Source: Mobula birostris (Eukaryota). From it: a DNA stretch of 64,000 bases. Both the position numbers and the translations under genes were made by a program. This document shows positions 1 through 11,446 of this stretch, in pieces. The stretch lies in the NCBI RefSeq assembly GCF_030028105.1, contig NC_092372.1, positions 103,110,687 to 103,174,686 on the forward strand, given 5' to 3'. Position 1 is the first letter of the stretch. Each line of letters begins with the position of its first letter. The notes under the pieces are model-generated. The model was given only the letters and a program-made list of their open reading frames with translations, ran no database searches and had not been told where the DNA came from.

Positions 1-577
1 TATATCACCATTTCCGAAAGAATTTAAGCAGGAAAGGGGAAGGTAGGAGTGGGAATTGTTGTAAACAATTCTATGGGTCCACCTGTTTTAATTTCAGGGA
101 TGGCAGAGAGCACAGTCCACCACCCATCACTGGCTTCCCTTGCAGACTGAGATCATTTTAACTCTGTAGTCATGGAGATTCATCCACCATCTTAGTTTAA
201 TACCACCATCATCTCCCAACCCGATAGCTAATATTATATTTTAGCAAATGACTACAGACCCATTTACACTTTTCCACAAGGTCACAGGTCCAGAATCTAG
301 TTGAATTACCAGAAATTGCACAAGAACCCTATGATTTTCAGAAAATGTAACACAAACATCAGATGGTGTCCTCAAATGCAAACAGGTCGTGCGTCCAGGT
401 AAAAAAAATGTCCTGTGACAAGAAGGAACAGCAAGATCAATCTCTGAAGACAATGAAGAGGAGACACTGGAATGAACCACTGGATGGTGATATCACAGAG
501 TCAATACCCAGGGCTGAGCTTCCATCATTCCCCATCGGATGATCCAGAGATGGAATTCATTTGCTCATTTTGCAGCT

Positions 578-2294
578 TCAGTTTTTTGGTTTGTGTTGTT
601 TCCCACCTGTAAAATAATTGAATAATTTGTATCATTACCCACAGATTTTCAGCATATAGTATCTCAAGCAACAGAATTAAATGAGTTTTCAAACTGACTT
701 TCCACAAAAAGATGCCTTGGAAACTTGCTCATACCTCATTGATATTGTAAAAGGTATAAACCAAAATGCATTGTACTGTGTTCAAGTTCATTTCTAACTT
801 CTCACAAAGTTACACCATGCAGGCATGTGATGTACCATTGCTGTCTTCCCTGGCATCAACAGTTCATCTGTGTTGATCTGAGTTGAATCACTTTCTGGCA
901 CCCATTTACCATCCTATCATCTCTTTACAAGGATAAATTCTAGAGCAGGCCTTCCCACCTTTTATTGTACTATGGACTTTGTGTTGTGAACCCCTGTTCT
1001 AGAGAGTGAACACCATCATTAAGCAAGGGATCCATAGACCCCCATGCAGGGAACCCCTGTTCTAGAGAGTAAACACTGTCTGTAGCTCCAACACCAAGAT
1101 GCTGGAGACCAACCAGGACAAAGCATTCTGTGCAACTGCCACCCCAATAATTTATTCACCCAACTGCCCCTATTCTATGGCTGCAAACAATGGTGAAAAT
1201 CATTATTTAATATTTTATTCTAAACATCACTGGTTAGACGATAAATCATTCTTCATTCATTAATCTCAGCTGGAATTAAAAGGTGTGATAAACAGTATCA
1301 GACATCAGTTCTGCAATTAGTAGCTTTATGGTGACCCAATCTCTACTTCCTGGTCCCTACCACAGTTCCAAGGAACATTAATAATGTGAGAGGCTCAGCT
1401 CTGACAGCAAACATGGCGAATGAGTTTGCTGTCATTCCAGGTTACGGCTGGAATGACAGTGAGGAGCAGACAGCTCCCTCCACTATGAAGGGCCAGAGTC
1501 ACACAGCAAAAACAATTCTTTACATCTACGTTACTTAGCAGCTTAAGAGTAAAATTTTGACAAGCACCAAACACTGACCTTTCATGGCTGTTATGAGAGC
1601 CTGCAACCACCTGGCATCAGGATCCACACACACTTTCGTCTCATTTTTCAGGGTGACACTGCGAAAAGACAGTATCATTCAAAATTTAATTCACAGAAAC
1701 AGTTTGTCTTCTCTTGAAGTGCACAGTTTATGAAATAAACATCAGAAAAGGAATGAAGTTAAAGTTGATAATCTGGCTGCTTTACTCACATTATCTCTGC
1801 TCTCTCACAGTGGGATCCTTTGGGAATGTACTTCAAGCTCCTGATGGACCTCGGATGAATAACATCAAAGCTGGTCTGAATGCAGTGGCACCGTCCTTGT
1901 GCTCCTGGGATCGGAACACCTGAGGAAAGATTATATTCACTCAGATTTCATTGTTGCATCAAGGAGAACAAAGCCTGTAAAACTTGCTGATAATTTCTCC
2001 AGTGTTTTTGCTTCATCAAAGCATCACCAGACAGGAGCTTGCACATCTCACTCTCAAATGTTGCAGGAAAGCTGCATGAATTAATCTTATATAAATCTGA
2101 TGCTGATGCAATTTACAGTTACAGAGATTTAAATATTCCTCACTTTAATTGCTTTCTACATTGTAAACAATACAAGAACCACAAAATAGGTACATCACTT
2201 GAATAAAACTCCAGTTCAGATATCTCAACGTACCCTGTGCAGCAATGGCACACAGAAGGAGGATGAGGATGGTTACAGTGGCTGTTCTGTCCAT
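578..2294 (-). CDS. CXC chemokine copy 1 (ELR-negative, CXCL9/10/11- or CXCL8-like), 99 aa; coding exons 2294-2234, 1919-1790, 1658-1579, 606-578
   Basis: Manual splicing at GT-AG sites (intron phases 1,2,1, typical of CXC genes) gives MDRTATVTILILLLCAIAAQG|VPIPGAQGRCHCIQTSFDVIHPRSIRSLKYIPKGSHCERAEIIVTLKNETKVCVDPDARWLQALITAMKGGKQHKPKN*: signal peptide, CxC, C-xxx-EII, CVDP..W motifs. Exon 4 is the least certain part. Confidence 0.93.
946..1058. mobile_element. Small hAT-type MITE in chemokine intron 3 (also ~11815-11927, ~22747-22859 and 44320-44398)
   Basis: Copy 4 version is CAGGGGTTCCCAAC...GGGAAGGCCTG flanked by 8-bp CTCTAGAA/CTCTAGAG target duplication. Confidence 0.65.
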
Positions 2295-2382
2295 CTTCCA
2301 CTTTGTACTGCAGACGGATCTTCTGTTCAATGCAGCTTTTCTCTGCTGAATCAAGACATGCTGAAACCATTCAGTGAGCTTC

Positions 2383-2780
2383 TATTTATTGGGGCACTCT
2401 TCTCCAATTTGCATAATCTCATGCAGGGAACTCTGCCAAACACTGACATCCTGAAGCAGGGGATTTCCTGCTCCCAGCTCAGATCTACTTTCACTTCTGT
2501 AGCTTTACATTTCAGCATGTGTGTGCTTCAGAGCTGTAATAGGATTATCTATCAATATAACTGTTGGTTCTGTTGGACTAATTTGAAGATTGATTTGTTT
2601 ATTTTCAGGAAGAAATGAATAATTCACTTTTAGCAAAGTTAATGGTGCAAATGAACCAATTGTTTGCTTTCTAGCTTTAAAATTCCAGTTCTGGGCCTTA
2701 TTCTCACAGGTTTGGAAAGTCTGCATTTCAGGAGAGCATGCTCACTACAAGATGGAGTTTATACCTGCGGTTTCCGGGAA
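2383..2780 (-). promoter_or_regulatory. Proximal promoter of chemokine copy 1
   Basis: TATA-like AATAAATA (2383-2390), octamer ATTTGCAT overlapping a C/EBP-like site (2407-2417), NF-kB GGGGATTTCC (2459-2468), IRF element AGAAGTGAAAGT (2487-2498), GAS TTCCGGGAA (2772-2780); retained in paralogues. Confidence 0.75.
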
Positions 2781-4551
2781 ATTGCTCTCCCATTCAAAAT
2801 CTTCATGTTGCAGCATGTCTCCCAGCTCTTCAATGTTGCAGGTTTGTAAAATACATAGATATTTCCAACATTTGATACAATCCACACTTTGTCTGAAGAA
2901 TCAGCATGTTGCTGCATTGGTCCCAGACCTGGAATCATTCTTAAAACTTATCCATCCTCAGTGTTCACATTCTAAATCCCTGTACACCTCAGCGCTGAGA
3001 TTAAAGTTTTCGGGAATCCCAAATCATACTCAGCGCACAGATAGGCTTATAGCGATGCTGAAGCTGCTGTTTTTCAGCTCCAGGAGTCTTGAGGATGTGT
3101 TTACTTATACCTTCAGGATATGCAGTCTTTGCTGTATAGAATAATGTCTAGTCCTCAAGCCATTCTATACCTGATGACAACTACATTTCAATATTCTCAA
3201 AAGCACACACAAAATACTGGAGGAACTCAGCAAGTCAGGCAGTTTTGCGCAGATGTGAACTTTTAGGACGTATAGAATAGAGCCTGGTCTCTGAAGCATG
3301 CTATATTCTTTGATAACTACCATTGAATAAGCTTACTCAATTAAACGTTTAAACCTCAAGTATTATACTCAATTATTCTCTGGAATTTATTTAACACTTC
3401 CCCAATGTCTCTACCAGTCCCATACACGAGTGATAGGATATATTATGTATAGATAGTGGGTTTATATGTGAGCAAAAATATTTGTGTGGAGAATAGTGTG
3501 GGATAAGTTGGACAATATTGCAAGATCTGACCAGATTATTATGTGCTGTAATAAGGCTTTTGCTGGAATATTTGCTGCAGCAACAACTGTTCATTGTGCT
3601 CGTCATCCAAGAGTGACGAAACATCAGCTTCAGGGCTTTCTGGAGCTGGTTCAAGTTTTAGTTCCCAGATTTGTGAATTGTGGAGCCTGGAGCCGTGTTG
3701 ACTCCTCCCCCTGGGGAAAGTACAAACATCAGTGAAATTCAGAACTGCAGCACAGATTGCAGCCCGTGTTTGTGAGGCCACGTGATCTCCAGGAAGTCAG
3801 CTTGTTCGACACTTCATGATGTTCTATATATTGAAGTCTACACTTGTTCCTGTTTGCTTATCATTTGAAATACATCACAACAAACAAAAAGACTATTCCC
3901 AGATCAGCCATGTTACAAGCACGTTGGAGTAAACAGAAGCAATCTGTTTTAAGTGTGTATAGTATTTTTTACTGTTCTCCATTAACAAAGATAATGAGTT
4001 TCACGGGAGGTACAAGGCCAGGAGCCAACTTCTACTGCACTGGTAAAATGAATTGTTAATATATTAAATTCACCCATATCAGTAGTTCATGAAAATCAAC
4101 AAATTAATCAGCATGTCTAAAATTCATCACACAGGCACGTGTTTTTTTTTCAGAAAACCTGCACTTGACAACACGAGATTCCTGTACAACACTAGCAGTA
4201 TATTCAATGTCAGAATCTGCTTCCCTTTCTTTGGCTGTTGCATCCAATAATTTCCAAAGTTATGTTTTGATGCAGCTCTTTCAATACCACATAGCTACTT
4301 TGCCCAGGTTGCAGAGGTGGACCCAGTGTAATCAGTCTCCAAGTAGATTTAAACTGAACTATGTGAGGAATACAAAAGTGAATTGATTTTCTCAGCATTG
4401 GCGGCCAAAGCAGTTTAAATTCTGATCCTGACTTTGCTTAACCGCACATACTGTTAAAAAGAGACAGTACATATCCATCCTCAGTCTATCAGATTTCACT
4501 GACACACTGACGTCCATTCCAGTGTCAGGTGTGATAGGATTTGCAATGTTA

Positions 4552-7016
4552 GGGGCAAACTCCCATACTCCCATACTGTTAGAGTCTAGATGGTTTAGAG
4601 TTTGTAAAATGTGTTCAGGAAAGTTTTCTAAATCAATATATAGAGGGACCAACTAGAGGGGATGCAATATTGGATCTCCTGTTAGGAAACGAGTTAGGAC
4701 AAGTGACGGAAGTCTGTGTAGGGGAGCACTTTGGTTCCAGTGATCTTAACACCATAAGTTTCAATTTGATCATGGATAAGGATAGATCTGGTCCTAGGGT
4801 TGAAGTTCTGAACTGGAAGAAGGCCAAATTTGAAGAAATGAGAAAGGATCTAAAAAGCGTGGATTGGGACAGGTTGTTCTCTGGCAAAGATGTGATTGGT
4901 AGGTGGGAAGCCTTCAAAGGGGAAATTTTGAGAGTGCAGAGTTTGTATGTTCCTGTCAGGATTAAAGGCAAATTGAATAGGAATAAGGAACCTTGGTTCT
5001 CAAGGGATATTGCAACTCTGATAAAGAAGAAGAGGGAGTTGTATGAAACCTATAGGAAACAGGGAGTAAATTAGGTTCTTGAGGAGTATAAGAAGTGCAA
5101 GAAAATACTTAATTAAGAAAGTAATCAGAAGGGCTAAAAGAAGACATGAAGTTGCCTTGGCAGTCAAAGTGAAGGAAAATCCAAAGAGCTTTTGCAGGTA
5201 TATTAAGAGCAAAAGGATTGTAAGGGATAAAACTGGTCTTCTTGAAGATCAGAGTGGTCGGCTATGTGCGGAACCAAAGGAAATGGGGGAAATCTTAAAT
5301 AGGTTTTTTGCGTCTGTATTTACTAAGGAAACTGGCATGAAGTCTATGGAATTGAGGGAATCAAGTAGTGAGATCATGGAAACTGTACAGATTGAAAAGG
5401 AGGAGGTGCTTGCTGTCTTGAGGAAAATTAAGGTGGATAAATCCCCAGGACCTGACAGAGTGTTCCCTCGGACCTTGAAGGAGACTAGTGTTGAAATTGC
5501 GGGGGCCCTGGCAGAAATATTTAAAATGTCGCTGTCTACGGGTGAGGTGCCGGAGGATTGGAGAGTGGCTCATGTTGTTCCGTTGTTTGAAAAAGGATTG
5601 AAAAGTAATCCGGGAGATTATAGGCCGGTGAGTTTAACGTCGGTAGTAGGTAGGTTATTGGAGGGAGTACTAAGAGACAGAATCTGCAAGCATTTGGATA
5701 GACAGGGACTTATTAGGGAGAGTCAACATGGCTTTGTGCGTGGTAGGTCATGTTTGACGAATCTATTGGAGTTTTTCGAGGAGGTTACCAGGAAAGTGGA
5801 TGAAGGGAAGGCAGTGGATATTGTCTACATGGACTTCAGTAAGGCCTTTGACAAGGTCCCGCATGAGAGGTTAGTTAGGAAAATTCAGTCGCTAGGTATA
5901 CATGGAGAGGTGGTAAATTGGATTAGACATTGGCTCAATGGAAGAAGCCAAAGAGTGGTGGTAGAGAATTGCTTCTCTGAGTGGAGGCCTGTGACTAGTG
6001 GTGTGCCACAGGGATCAGTGCTGGGTCCATTGTTATTTGCCATCTATATCAATGATCTGGATGATAATGTGGTAAATTGGATCAGCAAATTTGCTGATGA
6101 TACAAAGATTGGAGGTGTAGTAGACAGTGAGGAAGGTTCTCAGAGCCTGCAGAGGGACTTGGACCAGCTGGGAAAATGGGCTGAAAAATGGCAGATGGAG
6201 TTTAATACAGACTAGTGTGAGGTATTGCACGTTGGAAGGACAAACCAAGGTAGAACATACAGGGTTAATGGTAAGGCACTGAGGAGTGCAGTAGAATAGA
6301 AGGATCTGGGAATACAGATACAAAATTCCCTAAAAGTGGCGTCACAAGTAGATAGGGTCGTAAAGAGAGCTTTTGGTACATTGGCCTTTATTAATCAAAG
6401 TACTGACTATAAGAGCTGGAATGTTATGATGAGGTTGTATAAGGCATTGGTGAGGCCGAATCTGGACTATTGTGTTCAGTTTTGGTCACCAAATTACAGG
6501 AAGGATATAAATAAGGTTGAAAGAGTGCAGAGAAGCTTTACAAGGATGTTGCCAGGACTTGAGAAACTCAGTTACAGAGAAAGGTTGAATAGGTTAGGAC
6601 TTTATTCCCTGGAGCGTAGAAGAATGAGGGGAGATTTGACAGAGGTATATAAAATTATGATGGGTATAGATAGAGTGAATGCAAGCAGGCTTTTTCCACT
6701 GAGGCAAGGGGAGAAAAAAAACAGAGGACATGGGTTAAGGGTGAGGGTGAAAAGTTTAAAGGGAACATTAGGGGGGGCTTCTTCACACAGAGAGTGGTGG
6801 GAGTATGGAATGAGCTGCCAGACGAGGTGGTAAATGTGGGTTCTTTATTAGCATTTAAGAATAAATTGGACAGATACATGGATGGGAGGTGTATGGAGGG
6901 ATATGGTCCGTGTGCAGGTCAGTGGGACTAGGCAGAAAATGGTTCGGCACAGCCAAGAAGGGCCAAAAGGCCGGTTTCTGTGCTGTAGTTTCTATGGTTT
7001 CTATGGTTTTCTATGG
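4552..7016 (+). mobile_element. CR1-clade LINE, 5'-truncated, ORF2 (RT) disrupted
   Basis: RT motifs [40 protein letters not shown]; in-frame stops and frameshifts; (TTCTATGGT)n 3' tail; empty site visible near 29335 and 32635. Confidence 0.93.
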
Positions 7017-7665
7017 TTAGAGTTTCCAAATGTTCGACTTCATTCAGAAAATTATTCTTTCAGGTTCCCACTCCGGATACCAGGTACACACTCAGTTTGG
7101 GGTTGATGGCTACTGGCAGTATTTTTGGGAGGTAAGGACCTCCCATGTACGGTTGAGCCTGAATAAAGAGACACTTTTGTATCTAGACCACATCAATACA
7201 TCAATATTCCAGACCCTTGTGCCCAGGAACAATTCACGGACCATTCAGAAATCTGATGGTGGAGGGGAAGAAGGTGCTCTAAAACACTGAGAGTTTATCT
7301 TTAGGTTCCTATGCTTCCTCCCTGATTATAGTCAGAAGAAGAGGTCACACCACTAATGTTGGACATCCTGAAAGATAGACTCTGTATCCTGGACAAAACG
7401 TATTTAGAAGGTGTTCTCGATGGTGGGTGGGCAGATGCCCGTGATGGGCCAGGCTGAAACAACGACCTCTGCAGGCTCTTACAATCCTGTCTATTGGTGT
7501 ACACAGTCTAATTCAAGTGAATTAGCAATTGAACATCAGCTAGCACATGGGCTTCACACAGCAAGTTCTTGATATAGTGCGAAGGGGGACAACTACAAAG
7601 TGAGTTCTTCCACACTGGAATTAATGCTCACACGTAAGAGGGAAGATGTTCAAACACAATATGAT

Positions 7666-7843
7666 NNNNNNNNNNNNNNNNNNNNNNNNNNNNNNNNNNN
7701 NNNNNNNNNNNNNNNNNNNNNNNNNNNNNNNNNNNNNNNNNNNNNNNNNNNNNNNNNNNNNNNNNNNNNNNNNNNNNNNNNNNNNNNNNNNNNNNNNNNN
7801 NNNNNNNNNNNNNNNNNNNNNNNNNNNNNNNNNNNNNNNNNNN
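7666..7843. other. N run (gap or masked sequence); others at 18535-18776 and 37958-38105
   Basis: Runs of N; the first two are at the same position in the duplicated unit but differ in length. Confidence 0.95.
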
Positions 7844-7996
7844 GTTATCCACCCTCCTGTTAATGAGCCATTGAGTTTAAGGGACAGTTGGGATTAACAA
7901 TTAGTGATAACCTGTGAATTAGCAGTAAGAAATATGACATTTAATGGTCCATGCTGGACACTTGAGCTATTCTTAATGCCAACTTCAGTTTTCTCA

Positions 7997-9860
7997 CATA
8001 GAACATAGAACACATAACAGTACACCACTATACAAGCCATTTGGCTCATGATGTTGTGTCGACATTTTAACTTCCTCCTAAATCACTCCAGTGCTTTCCA
8101 CAAACATTGACTTCCATTTTTCTTCCATCCACGTGCCTATCATAAATGCCTTTAATATATCTACCTTCAACACCACCCCGACATCTTGTTTCATGCAGCC
8201 ATCAATCCCTGTACAAAAAACGTAGCTCTGACCTGCACCTATACTTTACTCTAATCACCTTAAAATTAAGTCCTCTCATATTTACTTCCCGGGAAAAGGG
8301 CACTGAATGTTCACTCTGTTAATGTCTCTCACCATTGTTTACACTGCTGTAAAATCAGCTCTCGCCCTCCTACTTCCAAAGAGGAAAACCCAAGCCTGCT
8401 CAACCTTTCCTCATAATACATGATGTCTAATCCAGCCCATCTCCTCTGCAACCTCTCTGAAGCTTCCCCGTCCTCACTACAATGAGGCAATCAGAAATGA
8501 GCACAATATTTTAAGTATGGTCTAATCAGAGTTGTCCAGAAATGCAAAATTATCTTGTAACTCTTCAACTCTGTTATTCAACTTCTGAAAGGCAAAACAT
8601 CATGGCGTTCTCAAACACTTTACCAATCTGCACATCATTTTTGAAAGATATACATACATGGACCCCACAATCACTTTGTTCCTCCACACTGCTACGAATT
8701 CTGCCATTAACCCTGTACCTGGCCTTCAAGTTCAAACTCACAAAATGTATCACTTCACACTTTTCCAGATCAAACTCCATCTCCCACTTATGCATCCTTC
8801 AATTTCCGATTATAACCTACGGCAACCTTCCACACTATCCACAACATCGCCAACCCTTGCAACACCCAGAAACTTACTAAGCTGTCCAACTACTTACTCA
8901 TCCAAGTCATTTATAAATATCACAAAGAACAAGGCTCTCATAACAGATCACTGTGAAACACCTCTGGATACCAACCTGCAGGCAGAATATGCTCCATCTA
9001 CTACCACCCTCTGCCTTCTGTGGGCAAGCCAATTCTGTATCCATGAGGGCAGTTCTCCGTGCATCCCATGCCTCCTAACTTTCCGAGTGAGCATACTATT
9101 GGGAGCCTTCTCAACTACCTTACTAAAAGCCATATACACCACATCCACTGCTCTGTCTTAATCAAATTGTATGCTCATTTCCTTGCAGAATTCAATCAGG
9201 CTTGTGAGACATGATCTGTCCTTTGCAAACTCACACTGACTATCCCTGATCAAATCTATGCTTCTCCAAATGTAAATCCTGTCTCAAAGACTTCTCTCCA
9301 ATCATTTTCCCACCAATGGCATAAGATTCACAGATCTATCATTCTGAAGTTTATCCAAATTACCTTACTTGAACAAAGAAATAATATTTGTCCATCTCCA
9401 ATCTTCTGGCACTACTATTGTGAACAGTAAGAATGCAAAGATCATCACTAAAGGTGCAGCAATCTCTTCTCTTGCTCTCTCAGTACCCGGGGTAAACCTT
9501 GTTCAGTCACAGGGAATTACCTATCCGAATGTTTCTCAAGAGTTCTACACATCCTCTTTCTTAATGTTGACATGTCGCAGCCTGTTCAATGATAACCTCT
9601 CATTTGTGAAGCTTCCTCCCGCAGGTGAATGGTGAAACAAAGCATTCATTGAGGACCTCCCCTGATCCTTCAAATAAAAGTATGTTTCCACTCTTATCTC
9701 TGACGGTCATAACTCAAGCTAATCATCCTCTGGTTCTTCACATACAGTACATGTAGAATGAGCTGATGTTTTCCTTAATCTTACTCACCAAGGTCTTCTC
9801 ATGTCCTTTTCTGGCTCTCCAAAATCCAGTCTTAATCTCCTCCTGGCTACCTTACAATTC
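7997..9860 (-). mobile_element. Old degraded CR1 LINE belonging to the duplication unit
   Basis: Minus-strand remnants DVVYMAFSK, WIQNWLAHRRQRVVVDG, WEMEFDLEKCEVIHF; CATAGAA tail at the left end. Confidence 0.8.
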
Positions 9861-10424
9861 TTAAAGCCCAAAATTTCAGTTTCTGGTCTGATGTTAATTG
9901 CACTGCAGATCCGGCTTGCCTGTGTTAAGTTACAATGACAGGTATGTCAATTGCCCTGACAAAGAATCTTCTGTCTCAACGATTCAACAATTCAGTGACA
10001 TTGTACTAATCTGTGCCCTTCATCTGTGCAATTGACTAAATGTCACAACTATCTCAGTGTGTTTTAACCAAGATGAGTTCAGCGATTTCAATTTACCGGC
10101 ATTTCAGGCGTTGTATGCAAATATTTAAAGTGTCATGAGGCAAACTTGAGCTCAACTATATAGCACTATATACATTGTACATTGTGCTTATGATAATTAT
10201 CCCTTGAAAATATCACCCATTATCTTAATTCTCCGAATACAAAACATTAAATTTAAGCTGAAAGTTTTGAAACCCGCTAAAATTCCTCACAGCCATTGTG
10301 CAGATTTGGCTGAGGACGCACTGATCTTCATTCTTTAATTAGTTCATTTATTAAATGAAGAAACTCAGAACCATATACTGAAGATTCAGAACCACTGACA
10401 ACAAATTCTTTTTTAGAAATACAA

Positions 10425-10430
10425 TTTATT
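10425..10430 (-). terminator. Probable polyadenylation signal (AATAAA) of copy 2; equivalents near 21357-21362 (copy 3) and 45858-45863 (+, copy 4)
   Basis: AATAAA about 1.0-1.1 kb past the stop codon, followed by U/GU-rich sequence and present in three paralogues; a second AATAAA about 160 bp nearer the stop is an alternative. Confidence 0.45.
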
Positions 10431-11446
10431 TTAATTTCTTAAATACATTTGAGGAATGTTCAACAAATTCATTCACATATAACAAAAGTCCAGCTTTGAT
10501 CGATAATAAACTGAATCCAGTCAGTAAAAGTTCCCTCAAGACAAAATATTTCCATCCACATATAAAGTTTATTCTTACTTAAAACTTTTATTTCATCCAG
10601 TGATTATCAGACTATTAGCAGCACTATCTTCTAAAATGTAGATATTTTACATAAAAATTACATCAGTGGAGAGTTTACTTCAAATGATTCTAGATAGATT
10701 CTAAAATCTGATGCTTTACAAAAAAACCACCATATTTTCATGAAAATATCAACTGTCAAAAACTTGCAGTAAAAAGGCACAAGGTGATTTCAGACATTTT
10801 TACTGTTATTTCTATAGAAGAATGTTTCATTCAAATTAGAACACTTTTGGTCCAATGTACTGCCATCAGTATATCATCATTTCCGAAAGAATTTAAGCAG
10901 GAAAGGGGAAGGTAGGAGTGGGAATTGTTGTAAACAATCCCATGGGTCCTCCTGCTTTAATTTCAGGGATGGCAGAGAGCACAGTCCACCACCCATCACT
11001 GGCTTCCCTTGCGGACTGAGATCATTTTAACTCTGTAGTCATGGAGATTCATCCACCATCTTAGTTTAATACCACCATCATCTCCCAACCCGATAGCCAA
11101 TATTATATTTTAGCAAATGACTCCAGACTCATTTACACTTTTCCACAAGGTCACAGGTCCAGAATCTAGTTGAATTACCAGAAATTGCACAAGAACCCTA
11201 TGATTTTCAGAAAATGTAACTCAAACATCAGATGGTGTCCTCAAATGCAAACAGGTCGTGTGTCCAGGTAAAAAAAATGTCCCGTGACAAGGAGGAACAG
11301 CAAGATCAATCTCTGAAGACAATGAAGAGGAGACACTGGAATGAACCACTGGATGGTGATATCACAGAGTCAATACCCAGGGCTGAGCTTCCATCATTCC
11401 CCATCGGATGATCCAGAGATGGAATTCATTCGCTCATTTTGCAGCT

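Noticed and set aside
525-707. 60-aa ORF recurring in all four units (MWKVSLKT...)
   Set aside because: GTG start, overlaps intron 3/exon 4 in another frame; recurrence is explained by duplication.
578-2294. Assigning the symbol CXCL8 or CXCL10/11
   Set aside because: Mixed features and no phylogeny or synteny available, so the symbol is left blank.
2145-2354. ORF-track proteins of 61-69 aa containing MDRTATVTILILLLCAIAAQG (also 13014, 23946, 41350)
   Set aside because: These are exon 1 read through into intron 1; the real product is spliced.
3201-3245. Short ACACAAAATACTGGAGGAACTCAGCA motif in each unit
   Set aside because: Looks like a tiny Penelope pLTR or SINE-end remnant; too short to classify and has no ribozyme core.
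5079-6215. 378-aa reverse transcriptase ORF as an active or novel RT system
   Set aside because: Ordinary 5'-truncated CR1 ORF2 with flanking stops and frameshifts; not a retron, DGR or domesticated gene.
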